A stretch of 63,844 bases of DNA, the filler included, from Nemertoderma westbladi (taxonomy: Eukaryota; Animalia; Xenacoelomorpha): NCBI GenBank assembly GCA_032718475.1. It is 4 parts of 4 records of this genome, joined end to end, with 100 filler letters (N's around TTAATTAATTAA, not from the genome) between each part and the next. Parts side by side here need not be neighbours in the genome. Positions count along the whole stretch, not along the records: positions 20,639 to 44,409 come from JAUCBJ010004599.1; positions 44,510 to 58,187 come from JAUCBJ010000146.1; 2 more parts are not named here. The stretch is one strand, 5' to 3'. This document shows, piece after piece, positions 34,315 through 46,085 of this stretch. The notes beneath the pieces were generated by a model. The model made no database searches and was not told the origin of the DNA. It saw only the letters and a list, made by a program, of their open reading frames with translations. The translations under genes were made by a program, and so were the position numbers. Numbering within the stretch: position 1 is the stretch's first letter; each line of letters opens with the position of its first letter.

Positions 34315-35784
34315 ATGGCATCTCCAAATTATGGAGACAACCCCACTGTGAGACAAAAGGGGTCTGAATCTGTCCTTTTAAACAGACCAGACCAGCCCAT
34401 TGAAGAACATTTACCCAAGGTAGACTCAACCAAGGATATTACCAGGAGTATAAATGGTTATTTGGGCTATGTTGCCAAAATTGAGAAGGAAGTTAATGAC
34501 TTCCAAAGTAAATCCTTACCAATATCTGGGGAACTTCTTCAGAAAATTTGTTCAGCTTATTCAACAGTTGTTGAAAAGATCAGGGTACTGCAGCGCGCTT
34601 ATGATCGCACAGGGGCAGATATGCCTGAACGTTTCATCAATTTGTTGGAACAATTTTCTGCCAATAAGGGTCAACGACAATCTACCGATAAGTCGCTGGC
34701 TAGTGGAGCCACAACTGGCAATAGTAAATCAAGAGACGAAATCAATCGAGAGACATCAATGATGGTAGATAGTAATATTTCAAAATCTCAGTCTTTGAAA
34801 ATAAATCCACCTTCTTGTCCCCTTTGTAAAGGTAAAAGTCATTTCCTCTATCGATGTTCTATATTTGCAAGTAAATCTAGCGAGGAAAAGGATAATATTA
34901 TAAATCACCATAAACCATCTGTTTGTACACATTGTACCCGACCTGGTCATAAATCAGGTCAGTGTCCATGGCGAATTAAATGCCCCACATGTGGTGACAG
35001 CCATGGTGCTGTTATGCATGGAGTTCATGAATATCTTAGTTTTAACTCCACTGCCAGTAAACCCCTCCAACTGCAGAAAACTGTAGATACAAAGGAAACT
35101 ACAGTTCCAGAGGAGACTCCTATAGTAGTACCTAAGGATAAATCTAAAATTGTTCCTAAGGGACCATCTAAGAATTATATAACTCACATGTCAAATAAGT
35201 TGAAGGGTGACGATCCTTCAGCTTGTTTACCTGTAGTTTCGGTTTCTGTATATATAGATCCCTTGAGGTCTGTATCAACATATGCCTTGTTGGATGGTGG
35301 TTCAACAGGAACATTTGTTGATGCAGGAGTCATACGTTATTTAGGTATAACCCCAAAACGAGACAGTATTGATTTATCAACTCTCTTACGAGATGAGTGT
35401 AATATTAGTATTGGTATTGCAAGATGCCAATTTAGTTCATTGGAAAAAATAATTATTGGAGAAACAGATATTGTTGTTTGTGATCAGTTGCGGATAGGTG
35501 ATGGACCTCCGCCAATCTCCAAATTCTCAAACTTCCCTCATTTATCTTCTCTATCCCTTGAAGCTCAACCTGTTGATATTCCATTCATCAGTATTGTGAT
35601 TGGTCAAAATTTGCCATATGCACATTATTGCATTGAGCAAAGATTTGGCGATAATCCACAAACTGAACCTTATGGAGTCTTGTCTCCATTTGGTTGGTAT
35701 ATATCAGGTCCTATAGCTCTAGATAACACCCTACAAAATAAAAGGAAATTATACTTTGTCAACCACAGTCGCATGCATATATGA
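34315..35784 (+). CDS. BEL/Pao Gag plus aspartic protease
   Basis: CPLCKGKSHFLYRC, CTHCTRPGHKSGQC, CPTCGDSHGAVMH; YALLDGGSTGTF; PYGVLSPFGW. Confidence 0.85.
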   Translation: MASPNYGDNPTVRQKGSESVLLNRPDQPIEEHLPKVDSTKDITRSINGYLGYVAKIEKEVNDFQSKSLPISGELLQKICSAYSTVVEKIRVLQRAYDRTGADMPERFINLLEQFSANKGQRQSTDKSLASGATTGNSKSRDEINRETSMMVDSNISKSQSLKINPPSCPLCKGKSHFLYRCSIFASKSSEEKDNIINHHKPSVCTHCTRPGHKSGQCPWRIKCPTCGDSHGAVMHGVHEYLSFNSTASKPLQLQKTVDTKETTVPEETPIVVPKDKSKIVPKGPSKNYITHMSNKLKGDDPSACLPVVSVSVYIDPLRSVSTYALLDGGSTGTFVDAGVIRYLGITPKRDSIDLSTLLRDECNISIGIARCQFSSLEKIIIGETDIVVCDQLRIGDGPPPISKFSNFPHLSSLSLEAQPVDIPFISIVIGQNLPYAHYCIEQRFGDNPQTEPYGVLSPFGWYISGPIALDNTLQNKRKLYFVNHSRMHI

Positions 35785-36612
35785 CAATCAAGAAGTCTCT
35801 CATCCAAATCCTCCAATTGATATCCATAAACTTCTCTCACAATTTTGGGAATTGGAAAACTTTGGATACAATCGGATTGAGGATGAGGACAACTCAGTTG
35901 TCAAAGAGTCTGATGATGACAAACGTGCACTACAAATACTTAAGGAAACCACTGTTTTTGATGAAACAGAGGGAAAATGGGAAGTAGGGATGCTATGGAA
36001 ATGTGATCCCAATAAGATTGTATTCAATCGACCCTTAGCTGAGAAGCGCTTGTATTCTTTGGGGAAACGTTTCCTCAATAATCAAGACTCTCAGCAGCAT
36101 TTACCTACGTATATATCCAAATTACATGACTATATTGACAAAGGTTATGCCATCAAATTGACAGGTGATGACTTAACGGTTACCCCTCAAACAAATTATA
36201 TTCCCCATCACTATATTACTTATCCTGAAAAACCAGGAAAAATAAGAATAGTGAATGACGCTGCAGCAAAGTTTCGTGGTCATTGTTTAAATGATATGCT
36301 GCTGTCAAGACCTAACCGTTTGAACCTGATCTGGGGAATATTGCTTCGTTTCCGCCAAGAGAATATTGCATTCATGTGTGATATTGAAGCAATGTTCCAC
36401 CAGATCAAGGTTCCCCCCAAAGATCACGATAGTCTTCGATTTCTTTGGTGGAAGGATGATAAAGTCCATGGTATGGTCAAGGATTATAGAATGACAAGAC
36501 ATTGTTTTGGGAAAAAGGACTCCCCCTGTATAGCGATACATGGTGTGCAAATTACTGGTGAGAAAAATAAGTCTCAGTACCCCCCAATTGTAAATGATAC
36601 AATACAACTGGG
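35756..36612 (+). pseudogene. BEL/Pao reverse transcriptase, N-terminal part, frameshifted relative to gag-PR and truncated
   Basis: FWELE, YIPHH, KIRIVNDAAAK, CLNDML, ILLRFR, CDIEAMFHQI, LRFLW, CFG..DSPC. Confidence 0.85.
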
Positions 36613-36694
36613 AAACAACTACCCGCGAGATGTGCTCGAGAATAGTCTCCAATACTCCGCCATCACTAACAGTAGCACCCAATCCTACTGACGA

Positions 36695-37503
36695 TGTCAA
36701 CTACCTATTATGCATTTATATAGAGTTACAATATCTTTATTATCTTTAACTAAGAGTATTATATTTTGCCTTAGAGCTTTTCATAGTTTATGACTCGCCC
36801 CACATATATTTCTATTTGTGCATTTTATTACAGCTGTCTCCTTATAATAGAAACAGCGCAACCTTATGTTTGTATTACCTTATATGGTAGGATTACTGTC
36901 CTGTTCCCTGATTGGCTTATCCATCCCAACCTCCGTAATATCAGGAATCTGTTCTGCCTAGCTGGCATCATTATTATTGATCAGCAGTCAGAACATCATA
37001 CTGGTACTGCAGTACTGACGTACTGTATGCATACAGACAGTCAGACACCGGAAGCAGTCAATCAGGGGTAGGAAGCTCCATGATCTTTCAATAGTATAAT
37101 ATAGTATAGTATAGTATAATATAGAATAGTATAGTAACATAGTTATATTATAGTTCTTATTATAGTTCTCATTATATCTCTTATTATAGTTCTTAGTTAT
37201 AGTTGTTCTATAGTTTAGATTGGTTACTTTATATAGTTATATCTGTATATGCTGCTACAGTATTTGTAAAGTCCGATATATTATGTAACTGTAACATTCT
37301 GACATTCATGTACCAGTTTCTATACATCAATATATCTATCTCAAGATATCTTTCTGTCTTTGTACAAGCAATAATTTCAATACAATTATATCAGTATATT
37401 ATTCACAATTTTTCAACTGTAATAATCAGACAATTGCAGGACATGGCGAACCTTATGTGCTGTAAGATTTCACCCCTGTAAGTTGTGGCTTAGCACACCC
37501 ACA
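36695..37503 (+). mobile_element. Solo LTR (809 bp) of the same BEL/Pao element, with 5-bp TSD GACGA on both sides
   Basis: GACGA at 36690-36694 and 37504-37508; TG...CA ends. Confidence 0.88.
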
Positions 37504-37607
37504 GACGATACTTACTGTTTTATACGATTTGTACCAACAGTCTCCAAAGCTATAAAAACAATCCTTGATCAGATTGGATTGCACACATTTAATTTCGAAC
37601 GTAGGTA

Positions 37608-39051
37608 CTACTACTACTACTACTACTACTAGGATCGGCATGCTGCATTGCAGCTGCATTTTTAAGAATACTGTGCCGGCTTATCGACAAAATTGCACCG
37701 CCACAACTCCCTATCACCCTGGATATTTATAGATCATCCGCATCTTCAAGGCCAGTGTCCTTTAAGATGCGTCTCAAGAAAGTCATGGGCTGTCCACCAT
37801 GCTTATTCACTCCATGAGGCTGCCAAAGTACAAGATTATGCACTGGCTGGTCCTCACGGCGAAAGCAATGTCCTGCAAAGCGGAGGCGATTTTGTTCTAG
37901 TGTCAAGCTTGGGGGAACCAATGAGACCCCTCCAATGTTATGTAGTGTCTGGTTGGAGATGTGTGCATTGTACTTGACACAATGAACCCGGCGTAGCATT
38001 CTTGTGAATGTGCCATCCAGAGATTTGGTGTCCTCAGCAGTTAGAGCCCAGCATGGACTCCCATAGAGGAGTACTGGAACTACTGCTGCTCTAAATAACC
38101 GGACCTTAAGTTTCCGATTAATTCTTGGTGACTTCCAAATCCTGGAAACCCTATTCAAGGCTGCCCATGCCTTTCCCTTACGTATTCAAAGGTCCTCACC
38201 TGACTTCTGGACCCATGATCCCAGGTAACAGAAGTCATCCACATGCTCAAGCATACCATATTTTGAGCTTATGCACATCCGATCAGAGACTTGCTGAGGA
38301 CTTTCAAAGTTAACTGTAAAAATTTAGGTCTTTCTGGAGTTAATAAAAAGACCAACACTAGAAGCAGCATGTTCTAATGAGCTGAGGAGCCGTTGGGCTC
38401 CCTCTAGTGATTCTGAGAGTACTCCTAAGTCATCAGCAAAGTCTAGATCAGTTAGGTACTTGGCAGGATTTCCTCGACTTCTGGAGCCAGTAGGTGGAGT
38501 TATCATCACCCCATCATCATTATGATGATCTAAGGACATGCGTAGAACATAGTCAACAACAATTATGAAAAAGAATGGTGCAAGTGTGTCTCCCTGGAGG
38601 ACGCCCCATAACACTTCAAATGATTCTGTGTCACCGTCAACAGTAGACACAAATGTTATCGAACCATCGTATACTGATCTGATTGCTGCAATAATTTCAT
38701 CAGGAATTCCATATAATGAAAGTATGCTAAACATACGTGAGCGAGAGACTGAATCAAAGGCCTTGAAGAAGTCAACAAAGATAACAGCCAGATGCCTGTC
38801 TATCTTTTTTGATAACTCTTCAATTATCCTTCTAAGTGCCAAAATGGGCTCCATGGTCCCACGACCTTTACGGAACCCATTCTGATTTCCATGGAGCAGT
38901 CTCTCAATGGGATCCCTGATGCGATTTAATAGAATTCTATTGTATAGCTTTGCAGCAATCGAGATCAATGAGATTCCCCGAAAAGAACCATAGAGTGTTA
39001 GGTTGCCCTTCTTGGGAACTGGCACCAACTGGAATGCCTGACCTGACCCGA
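37608..39051 (-). mobile_element. 5'-truncated RTE-clade LINE (RT plus C-terminus, (TAG)n tail)
   Basis: FRGISLIS, QNGFRKGR, FVDFFKAFDS, GVLQGDTLAP, FADD, RLRFAGHC; (CTA)8 at 37608-37631. Confidence 0.9.
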
Positions 39052-39179
39052 CACTAACAGTAGCACCCAATCCTACTGACGATACTTACTGTTTTATACG
39101 ATTTGTACCAACAGTCTCCAAAGCTATAAAAACAATCTTTGCAGATTGGATTGCACACATATAAATTCGAACGCAGGTA
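39052..39179 (+). repeat. Right copy of a roughly 128-bp duplication flanking the RTE; also the empty BEL insertion site
   Basis: Matches 36664-36694 plus 37509-37607 with a few mismatches; single GACGA at 39078-39082. Confidence 0.85.
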
Positions 39180-39739
39180 GACTCGGTCAAATATATTGGA
39201 CCGAACGAACTACCAATTAAAATTTTTTTTCAAAAAGTTTAAGTTGATTTATATGAACTTACATTAATATCTTTCCACACTCACTGTTCTGTACACTTCT
39301 TACTCTGCTATATACAATTCCACACTTACTGTAACATGAGAAAATATACCAAATCCAATAACACATTTCTCTGTTTGCGGTGGCGGGAAATTTAAAAAAG
39401 GCCAGAGTATCATATTCTCTATCAATACCGGTCTAAATACTACAGTGTAAAGTTGTCTTTGCCTGACCCCGTAAGAGATCAGAAACATTGCCATACAGTT
39501 GTAAATAGTAAATGTGGCTGTAAATAAAATAGTCATATTCCAAACAGTATAAGTCAAAAATCAGCTCCCTACTACACGATAATTTAACTCGCCGAGTTAT
39601 AGGCAGAAATAAGGTGTTTCCTAATTAAAACTTGTATTAGTTCAACTCAGAGCAGAGGACCCCATGTAACCGGAATTTTCAATTTTACATTACAATTTTT
39701 ACGTAAGCGTTTTATAAGTGCCTTTTGCGAAATTGTTGC

Positions 39740-40250
39740 CTTCGTTTCGTTGCCATTTTTCCCATCAATAGTGATTTATTTTTTATATATTTTTGAAAGC
39801 TTGCATTGTGAGGATTCCAACTATGTATCAATGTCTAAATTTCGTTAAGAAACACAGATGAGATATGGGCGTTCTATAAGATTGAAAGAAATATCTTTTA
39901 TTATAATAAAACATTTATTCCGTTTTGTAAACACAAACCGTTCTGGAACATATTATTTATGAATGTGTGGCTACGGATACATAAATCTTATGCCTATGAA
40001 ACGATATTTCATAGGCATGAGAAAAATAATAACACGTTCTAGAATGTTGTGTTTATATTAATTATAATAAATGACTTCCAGTGAATGATAATTTATCACA
40101 ATCTTTGAACGCCAGTATTATATATCAGCTGTTTCTCAACGAAACTCAAAATATATTTATATTTGGAATCCTTACAACTCAAGCTTTCTAATTATGTCGT
40201 TGTGGCTAATATGAGAGGAATGGTCGTAATGCAATGAGGGCGATATCGCA
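39740..40250. mobile_element. Degenerate palindromic MITE-like element
   Basis: gaaagcttgcattgtgaggattccaa...gggcgttc is inverted relative to gaacgcc...ttggaatccttacaactcaagctttc; related motif (gagatatgggcgttcta) near 13666. Confidence 0.45.
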
Positions 40251-40919
40251 AACGTCAAACGTATATAAATTCAAAATAGAAAATTCTACGTAGATCCATG
40301 TTAAATAAAGTATGATAAAGATTGTATAAAAATAAGGTGGGGTTTGGGTTAGGGATGTCCCTTCTTATCTAAAATTACACTTTATTACGGGCAAGGTCTA
40401 ATATATTATTATAATAAGCCTTTGTTGTATGCGTAAGTAATGGGACTGTGTGGCAGACTTCAAAATGAAAGTTTTTAATATACATTACCGGTTGTACTGT
40501 ATTCTCTGTACAGTTACAGTACTCTACTGCTTTGCAATACCGCTAGGCCTATTGGTGCCATTATACTGTAGTTTGTTTATTTAAGTAGAACTACCAGTTG
40601 GTTAAAACGCCATTGATACAAACCAATAACAAATAACCTAACAGATAACTGAATACATAATATTATTAAGCTAATTGCTGGTTTATTAGTTTATTTTTAT
40701 GTTACATTTACCAGAACCAAACCGCACCTAAAACTATCTTTACAACGGTACCGTACATGACTACAGTATGTTGTAATACCTTCTGATTTTCAGCGGTCTA
40801 TCAGTCTATATTCTGATATTAGACTAATTTTAATTTTGTTCCCATTGTACCCAATATTTGCAGGAGGCAGTAAAGGTAATGTTCAGTTAATCCGCATCAT
40901 ATCGGTAAGTAAATTATTA

Positions 40920-42042
40920 GGGTAAACTGGGGTAAAGTGAGCTAGGGGTAAAGTGAGCTATTTTTTATTTTATTTTTTTAAATATATAAATTTGTGTTAT
41001 TTCAATTCTCTAAAATCATTACAATGTCTACAAATATCCTAGCTTTGATCTAATAAACGAAATAAATTATGACAGTTTGAAATTTCGAAGCAATCAATAT
41101 TTTTACAAAATATGAAAAAAACAGTTGAAAATTCATGCATACGAACTTTTTGGTCATTGATTTTGAAATAATAAATTATAAACAACGAATTAAGATAGAG
41201 AGTTGTAATTACCGTAAATAAATGGTAAATAAGTGATACTTGAGATATCCCATGCACTTTTTATCATTCTGTAACTAATTATTTATTTATTTAATTAATT
41301 AATTTAGTTCACTTTACCCCTTTAATTTATTGGCAATGGGGTAAAGTGAACTTATTGAAATTTTCATGCTGTTTATTATTTTGTATTTCATTATATATCT
41401 TATTTGTAACAGAACGTTGTTTGGATGTCTGGTAACCCTATATTCTTTTGGGTTTAGCTGTTAGGGCCTAAGTGGGTTTAATAAATAAACGTACAAATCA
41501 GAACTGTTAGGCCTACAATTTCCACTACTAGGCTGTGCTATGCTGTTTATTCAGGTTTATTGTTTGTAGTATCAGTACTGCAGTAGCATGCTGTGCAGTC
41601 TATCGTTACCTTGTTATTAATTATGCCGCGAACCTATAAGAAAAGGCCGATTTTAGAGAGTCGTAAGTGTTCCTATGACTCGAAAGCCCTGCAGACTGCT
41701 GTCACTCGTGTGAAAAATCGCGAGTTATCAAGTTACGAAGCTGCTGAAGTATTTGGTGTACCCCGGAGTACTATTTCCCGACATGTTGCTGGAATACATT
41801 GTTCTAGGATTGGTTCTGGATCACCGACAAAACTAACCTTGAAAGAAGAGGAAAACCTAGTTATTGCGCTAAAGGCCTTTGCAGAATTTGGGTTCCCTCT
41901 TGGTAAACAAGAATTTATAGATCTTTCCGAAAGTTATATTTCTAAGATTGGTAAAGAATATTTGTTTTCACAAACTTTAGGACGACCCGGAAAGGAATGG
42001 ATGCGTTCATTCATGATACGATGGAAGTCTGAGCTATCTATT
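40920..42042 (+). mobile_element. Left part of a pogo/Fot1-like (Tc1-mariner) DNA transposon, interrupted by an LTR element
   Basis: TA|GGGTAAACTGGGGTAAAGTGAGC terminus with repeated ggggtaaagtga motifs; transposase N-terminus follows. Confidence 0.75.
41623..42042 (+). pseudogene. Transposase N-terminus (psq-type HTH plus CENP-B-type HTH), cut by LTR insertion
   Basis: MPRTYKKR...AAEVFGVPRSTI...TKLTLKEEENLV...GFPL...PGKEWMRSF. Confidence 0.8.
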
Positions 42043-44409
42043 TGTTCGCGCTTTTGAAGACCTTTAGCAGTTTAACCTGCCAAAATTTATATGTCTTTTA
42101 GTTAATTAAAACCACTTTAGCATACGACAATAATTTATGCTAATACGCAAAACACTAGCCGAAGTCAGCCCATGCGCGATCATTCACCCGATGGATCTAC
42201 ACCCGGGAGACTGAATTCGGATGCTTGAATTTTATTATTGCAGTGTAAGGTTGCAGTGTATACCTACTGTATTATTCAATAGATCGTTAATAATTAATCT
42301 CTGACAGATATTATTGGCTTTCGGGAAATATTAACAGTTCCTTTAGGACGTGGCGCTTTATCTATTTAAACAGAACTAAGACTTATACTAAAACGCAACG
42401 ATACTGCTTATGATTAAAGTATAAAGCGTATTCTTTAGGAAATACTTTGTTACCAATCACGATCGTACACACTATTCTGCCGACAGTCAGTATATTTGAT
42501 CACACATAAAGAGAGCAGTAATTGACTCACGTAGGGTCTGCTAAATAACATTGGATTCAATACACACCACATTAATATAAATCGCAATTGTTATGTATAG
42601 CCGGTCTCTCTAACCTGTAGTGTTATCAAGAAAATTGGGAATTTGGGTGATTTATCCGTATTATCCAAAGAGCAATATTTCCATCAACAAATAGGTACAA
42701 TTAATAACTGACGGTAAAATAACAATACCAACAATATGATTAATGCAATTAAATTAAGTAAGTATGTTAAGATGCGTTAAGGTTCGATTCGTTAAGGTAA
42801 CAGTTTATACTTTCGATAATTCAAGCAGTTTACTAGAGTTCTTACCGAAAGGCCGGTGTTTCTGGCTTAGACAGCAATAACAACAAAGTATCAAGTAAAA
42901 ACAGTAAGACTGAACACTCTCCTTATGATCGACTGAAAAGCTACACGTCGACAGGAAAAATCGCTCCGATTGGCTCAAGCCAAACAAAGAACCGTGCGTC
43001 CAATGGCTGTTTCCATGTCAGCAACCAGCTGTTAGATGTCGTAATATGAATTATCACGGCTAAGCTGTGAAAGGTAGTTGGTGCATTACAGGTTTTTTGC
43101 CTTACCATGTCCGCCAAAACACGTATATAGCAGAATGATTTTTATGTCCGTTAAAACACCTGTAAAGGTACCTTGTGGGCGAGGGGAATATATATACAGT
43201 CAGAGAACCCTTTTAGAGTATTCCAGCGCCTGGGGGGGAACTGGCCAGCAAAGGCAAACGTATCAGTTATCCCACAAAAGCTTTTACACCGCTCCCAGAA
43301 AATGGGATTTAAGTCTATAAAATATACAAAATCACAGTTTCTAAAATATAAAAATACTCTAAACAGTTAGTCTTTCTTGCGCGGATGGCGTTTACGCAGC
43401 TTTTTAAAGCTAGCAAGAGTCCTTTTCTCTTTGGGGCGAGCCACTTTACGAGGAGGGCTATAACTCCTGGGTGAAGGGTGCAATATGATTGCATCAGAAG
43501 GTATGGGATTGCGATCGGTATATCCGCCGGTCGAAGTACCGGGTTGATTGACCTCAACGTCCGGGGAGAGGGGTCTAACTTGATAACTTGATATGCGTGA
43601 TTTCTGTTCAACCGAAGCGAATAGATAAGGATGTAACGCATAAACTCCTTCGTAAGCGCGTCAGGGATAATAGCGATGGCGCGAATCACAATATAAATCA
43701 GTGTTCGCTTCCCAAGCTCTGATGTAACGTAGTGTGATCATTTCATCTACGCTCTCTAAATCATGATTAAAGGGACAATCAAAGCTGGCGTGTCCTTTTA
43801 ATTGACAATGATGGCATTGAGTCATAAATTGAGGGCAAACCGCAAAAATGTGCAAATTATTAAATCTGCAATACGCGCAATAAATTTCCATCGCCGGTTG
43901 TTCGGGGAAATAGGAACAGCGGACGTTTGTGTCCATGGGCGTAACATGGTCTCTCGATGCGCATAACCGACAACGTTGCCGAGAAACATAGTTGGCATGG
44001 CGATAATCGTACGCAGTGAGACACTGTGGACCTTGATACCATTCTAGGATGTAATCGTTGTCGCTGTTCCGAGCGCGATAGGCTGAATCTCCTCAGATTC
44101 TAGACATATTGGTTCGTCTTCCCAGTCTGTTACGAATAGAATTTTCGTGATCTATTCTCGTTTTATCGTTACGACGCCGCTGGGTATGATATTTAAATAG
44201 AACCATTTCCCTTTCGGTGTCTACATCGTCCGTATCATGTAAATCGATAGGATGGCCGGTAGTTAAGAAGTCCATATACGTACCATTACGATGCGTATAG
44301 CGAGCGGTTAATTTTCGATAGTCCAATTCACGCGTAAGTTGCTCTTGGGACATCGGCGGTTCGATATAACGACCATCATCCTCCGTAATAGTCGGATCGG
44401 CTTCACCGC
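42043..44409 (-). mobile_element. 3' end of an LTR retroelement: internal zinc-knuckle ORF, PPT-like tract, 3' LTR 42043-43288
   Basis: Minus strand GGGAGCGG|TGTAAAAGC...GCGCGAACA; same boundaries as the copy at 44767-45959. Confidence 0.75.
43367..44407 (-). pseudogene. One reading frame (at least 347 codons, two in-frame TGA) with tandem Cys/His knuckles and a basic C-terminus
   Basis: ORFs 44093-44353 and 43661-43936 share a frame that ends at TAA 43367; CRLCASRDH, CAYCRFNNLHIFAVC, CHHCQLKGHASFDC; ends FKKLRKRHPRKKD. Confidence 0.65.
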
Positions 44410-44509
44410 NNNNNNNNNNNNNNNNNNNNNNNNNNNNNNNNNNNNNNNNNNNNTTAATTAATTAANNNNNNNNNNNNNNNNNNNNNNNNNNNNNNNNNNN
44501 NNNNNNNNN
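44410..44509. other. Artificial contig spacer
   Basis: N-TTAATTAATTAA-N cassette. Confidence 0.97.
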
Positions 44510-45959
44510 AACCCGGCACTTCGACCGGCGGATATACCGATCATAATCCCATACCTTCTGATGCAATCATATTGCACCCTTCACCCAGGAGTTATAGCCC
44601 TCCTTGTAAAGTGGCTCGCCCCAAAGAGAAAAAGACTCTTGCTAGCTTTAAAAAACTGCGTAAACGCCGTCCACGCAAGAAAGACTAACTGTTTAGAGTA
44701 TTTTTATATTTTAGAAACTGTGATTTTGTATATTTTATAGACTTAAATCCCATTTTCTGGGAGCGGTGTAAAAGCTTTTGTGGGATAACTGATTCGTTTG
44801 CTTTGCTAACCAGTTCCCCCCAGTCGCTGAATACTCTAAAAAGGGATATCTAGCTAGAATAGTGCAAGCTACCAGCTGATTGGCTGATTTGCTGTGCGAA
44901 GGGATCTGGGTTCTGCTCGATCGGCCAACCAGCTTAGGGAGGTTGCCTCAGCCCTGTTTGCCGTATCGGCCAATAGAATTTGAGTTGGCGTTGATTTTGA
45001 CCTATCCCAGAGCTACTGAACTGAATTTCCTATCTGTATGCTCATCCTCTGTGTTGGACGGGAGCTTCGGGGAATAAGGGTAGTTGGTATCCTCGTATAG
45101 AGTAGTAGTCATATGATTCTTTATATGATTTTGTTGTTGTGTTCCCATTTTTCGCCAGACCACCGGCTTTTGGGAAGAACTCTAGTAAAACTGCTTAAAT
45201 TATAGAAAGTATAACTGTTATCTAACTCACTATTAATCATACGATTCTCCCGAACTTTACTTATTAATTATATTGTTTGTACTGTTATTTACCGTCAGTT
45301 ATTAATTGTATCGCTTTGTTGATGAAATATTGCCCTTTGGAGAATACTGATAAATCACCCAAAATTCCCAATTTTCTTGATACACTACAGGTTAGAGAGA
45401 CAGGCTATACATAACAATTGCGATTTATATCAATGTGGTGTGTATTGAATCTAATGTTATTTAGCAGACCCTACATGAGTCAATTGCTGTTCTCTTTATG
45501 TGTGATCAAATTTACTGACGGTCGGCAGAATAGTGTGCATGATTGTGATTGGTAACAAAGCATTTCCTAAAGAATGCGCCTTATACTTTAATCATAAGCA
45601 TTATCGTTGCGTTTAGTATAAGTCCTAGCTCTGTTTAAATAGATAGAGCGCCACGTCCTAAAGGAACTGTTAATATTTCCCGAAAGCTAATAATATCTGT
45701 CAGAAATTACATATGAGTGATCAATCGAATAATACAGTAGGTTTACACTGCAATCTTACACTGCAATAATAAAATTTAAGCATCCGAATTCAGCCTCCCG
45801 GGTGTATCCATCGGGTGAATGATCGCGCATGGGCTGGCTTCGGTTAATGTTTTGTTTATTAGCATAAAATATTGTCGTATGCTAAAGGTGTTTTAATTAA
45901 CTAAAAGACATATAAATTTTGGCAGGTTAAACTGCTAAAGGTCTTCAAAAGCGCGAACA
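44510..45959 (+). mobile_element. Second copy of the same LTR element 3' end (LTR 44767-45959)
   Basis: Reverse-complement homology to 42043-43545; TG...CA ends. Confidence 0.78.
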
Positions 45960-46085
45960 CACACGGTACAAACTGAACTACACACGGTACAAACTGAACT
46001 ACACACGGTACAAACTGAACTACACACGGTACAAACTGAACTACACACGGTACAAACTGAACTACACACGGTACAAACTGAACTC
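45960..46085. repeat. 21-bp minisatellite, 6 units, abutting the LTR end
   Basis: cacacggtacaaactgaacta. Confidence 0.92.

Larger units (their letters stand above)
31846..36612 (+). mobile_element. BEL/Pao LTR retrotransposon, 3'-truncated (5' LTR, gag, protease, partial RT)
   Basis: TG...CA LTR, BEL-type triple zinc knuckle, protease, BEL-type RT motifs; breaks off before the YxDD motif. Confidence 0.9.

Noticed and set aside
31941-37481. Small duplicated ORFs (93 aa, 74/92 aa)
   Set aside because: Chance ORFs inside the LTR copies.
31764-37503. Ordinary two-LTR provirus with LTRs starting near 31755
   Set aside because: The TSD GACGA and the empty site at 39078 place the LTR start at 31846/36695; the extra shared 82 bp is duplicated host flank.
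42043-45959. One 3.9-kb element with giant terminal inverted repeats
   Set aside because: The two arms lie on different contigs separated by a spacer, and each is the 3' end of an LTR element in opposite orientation.
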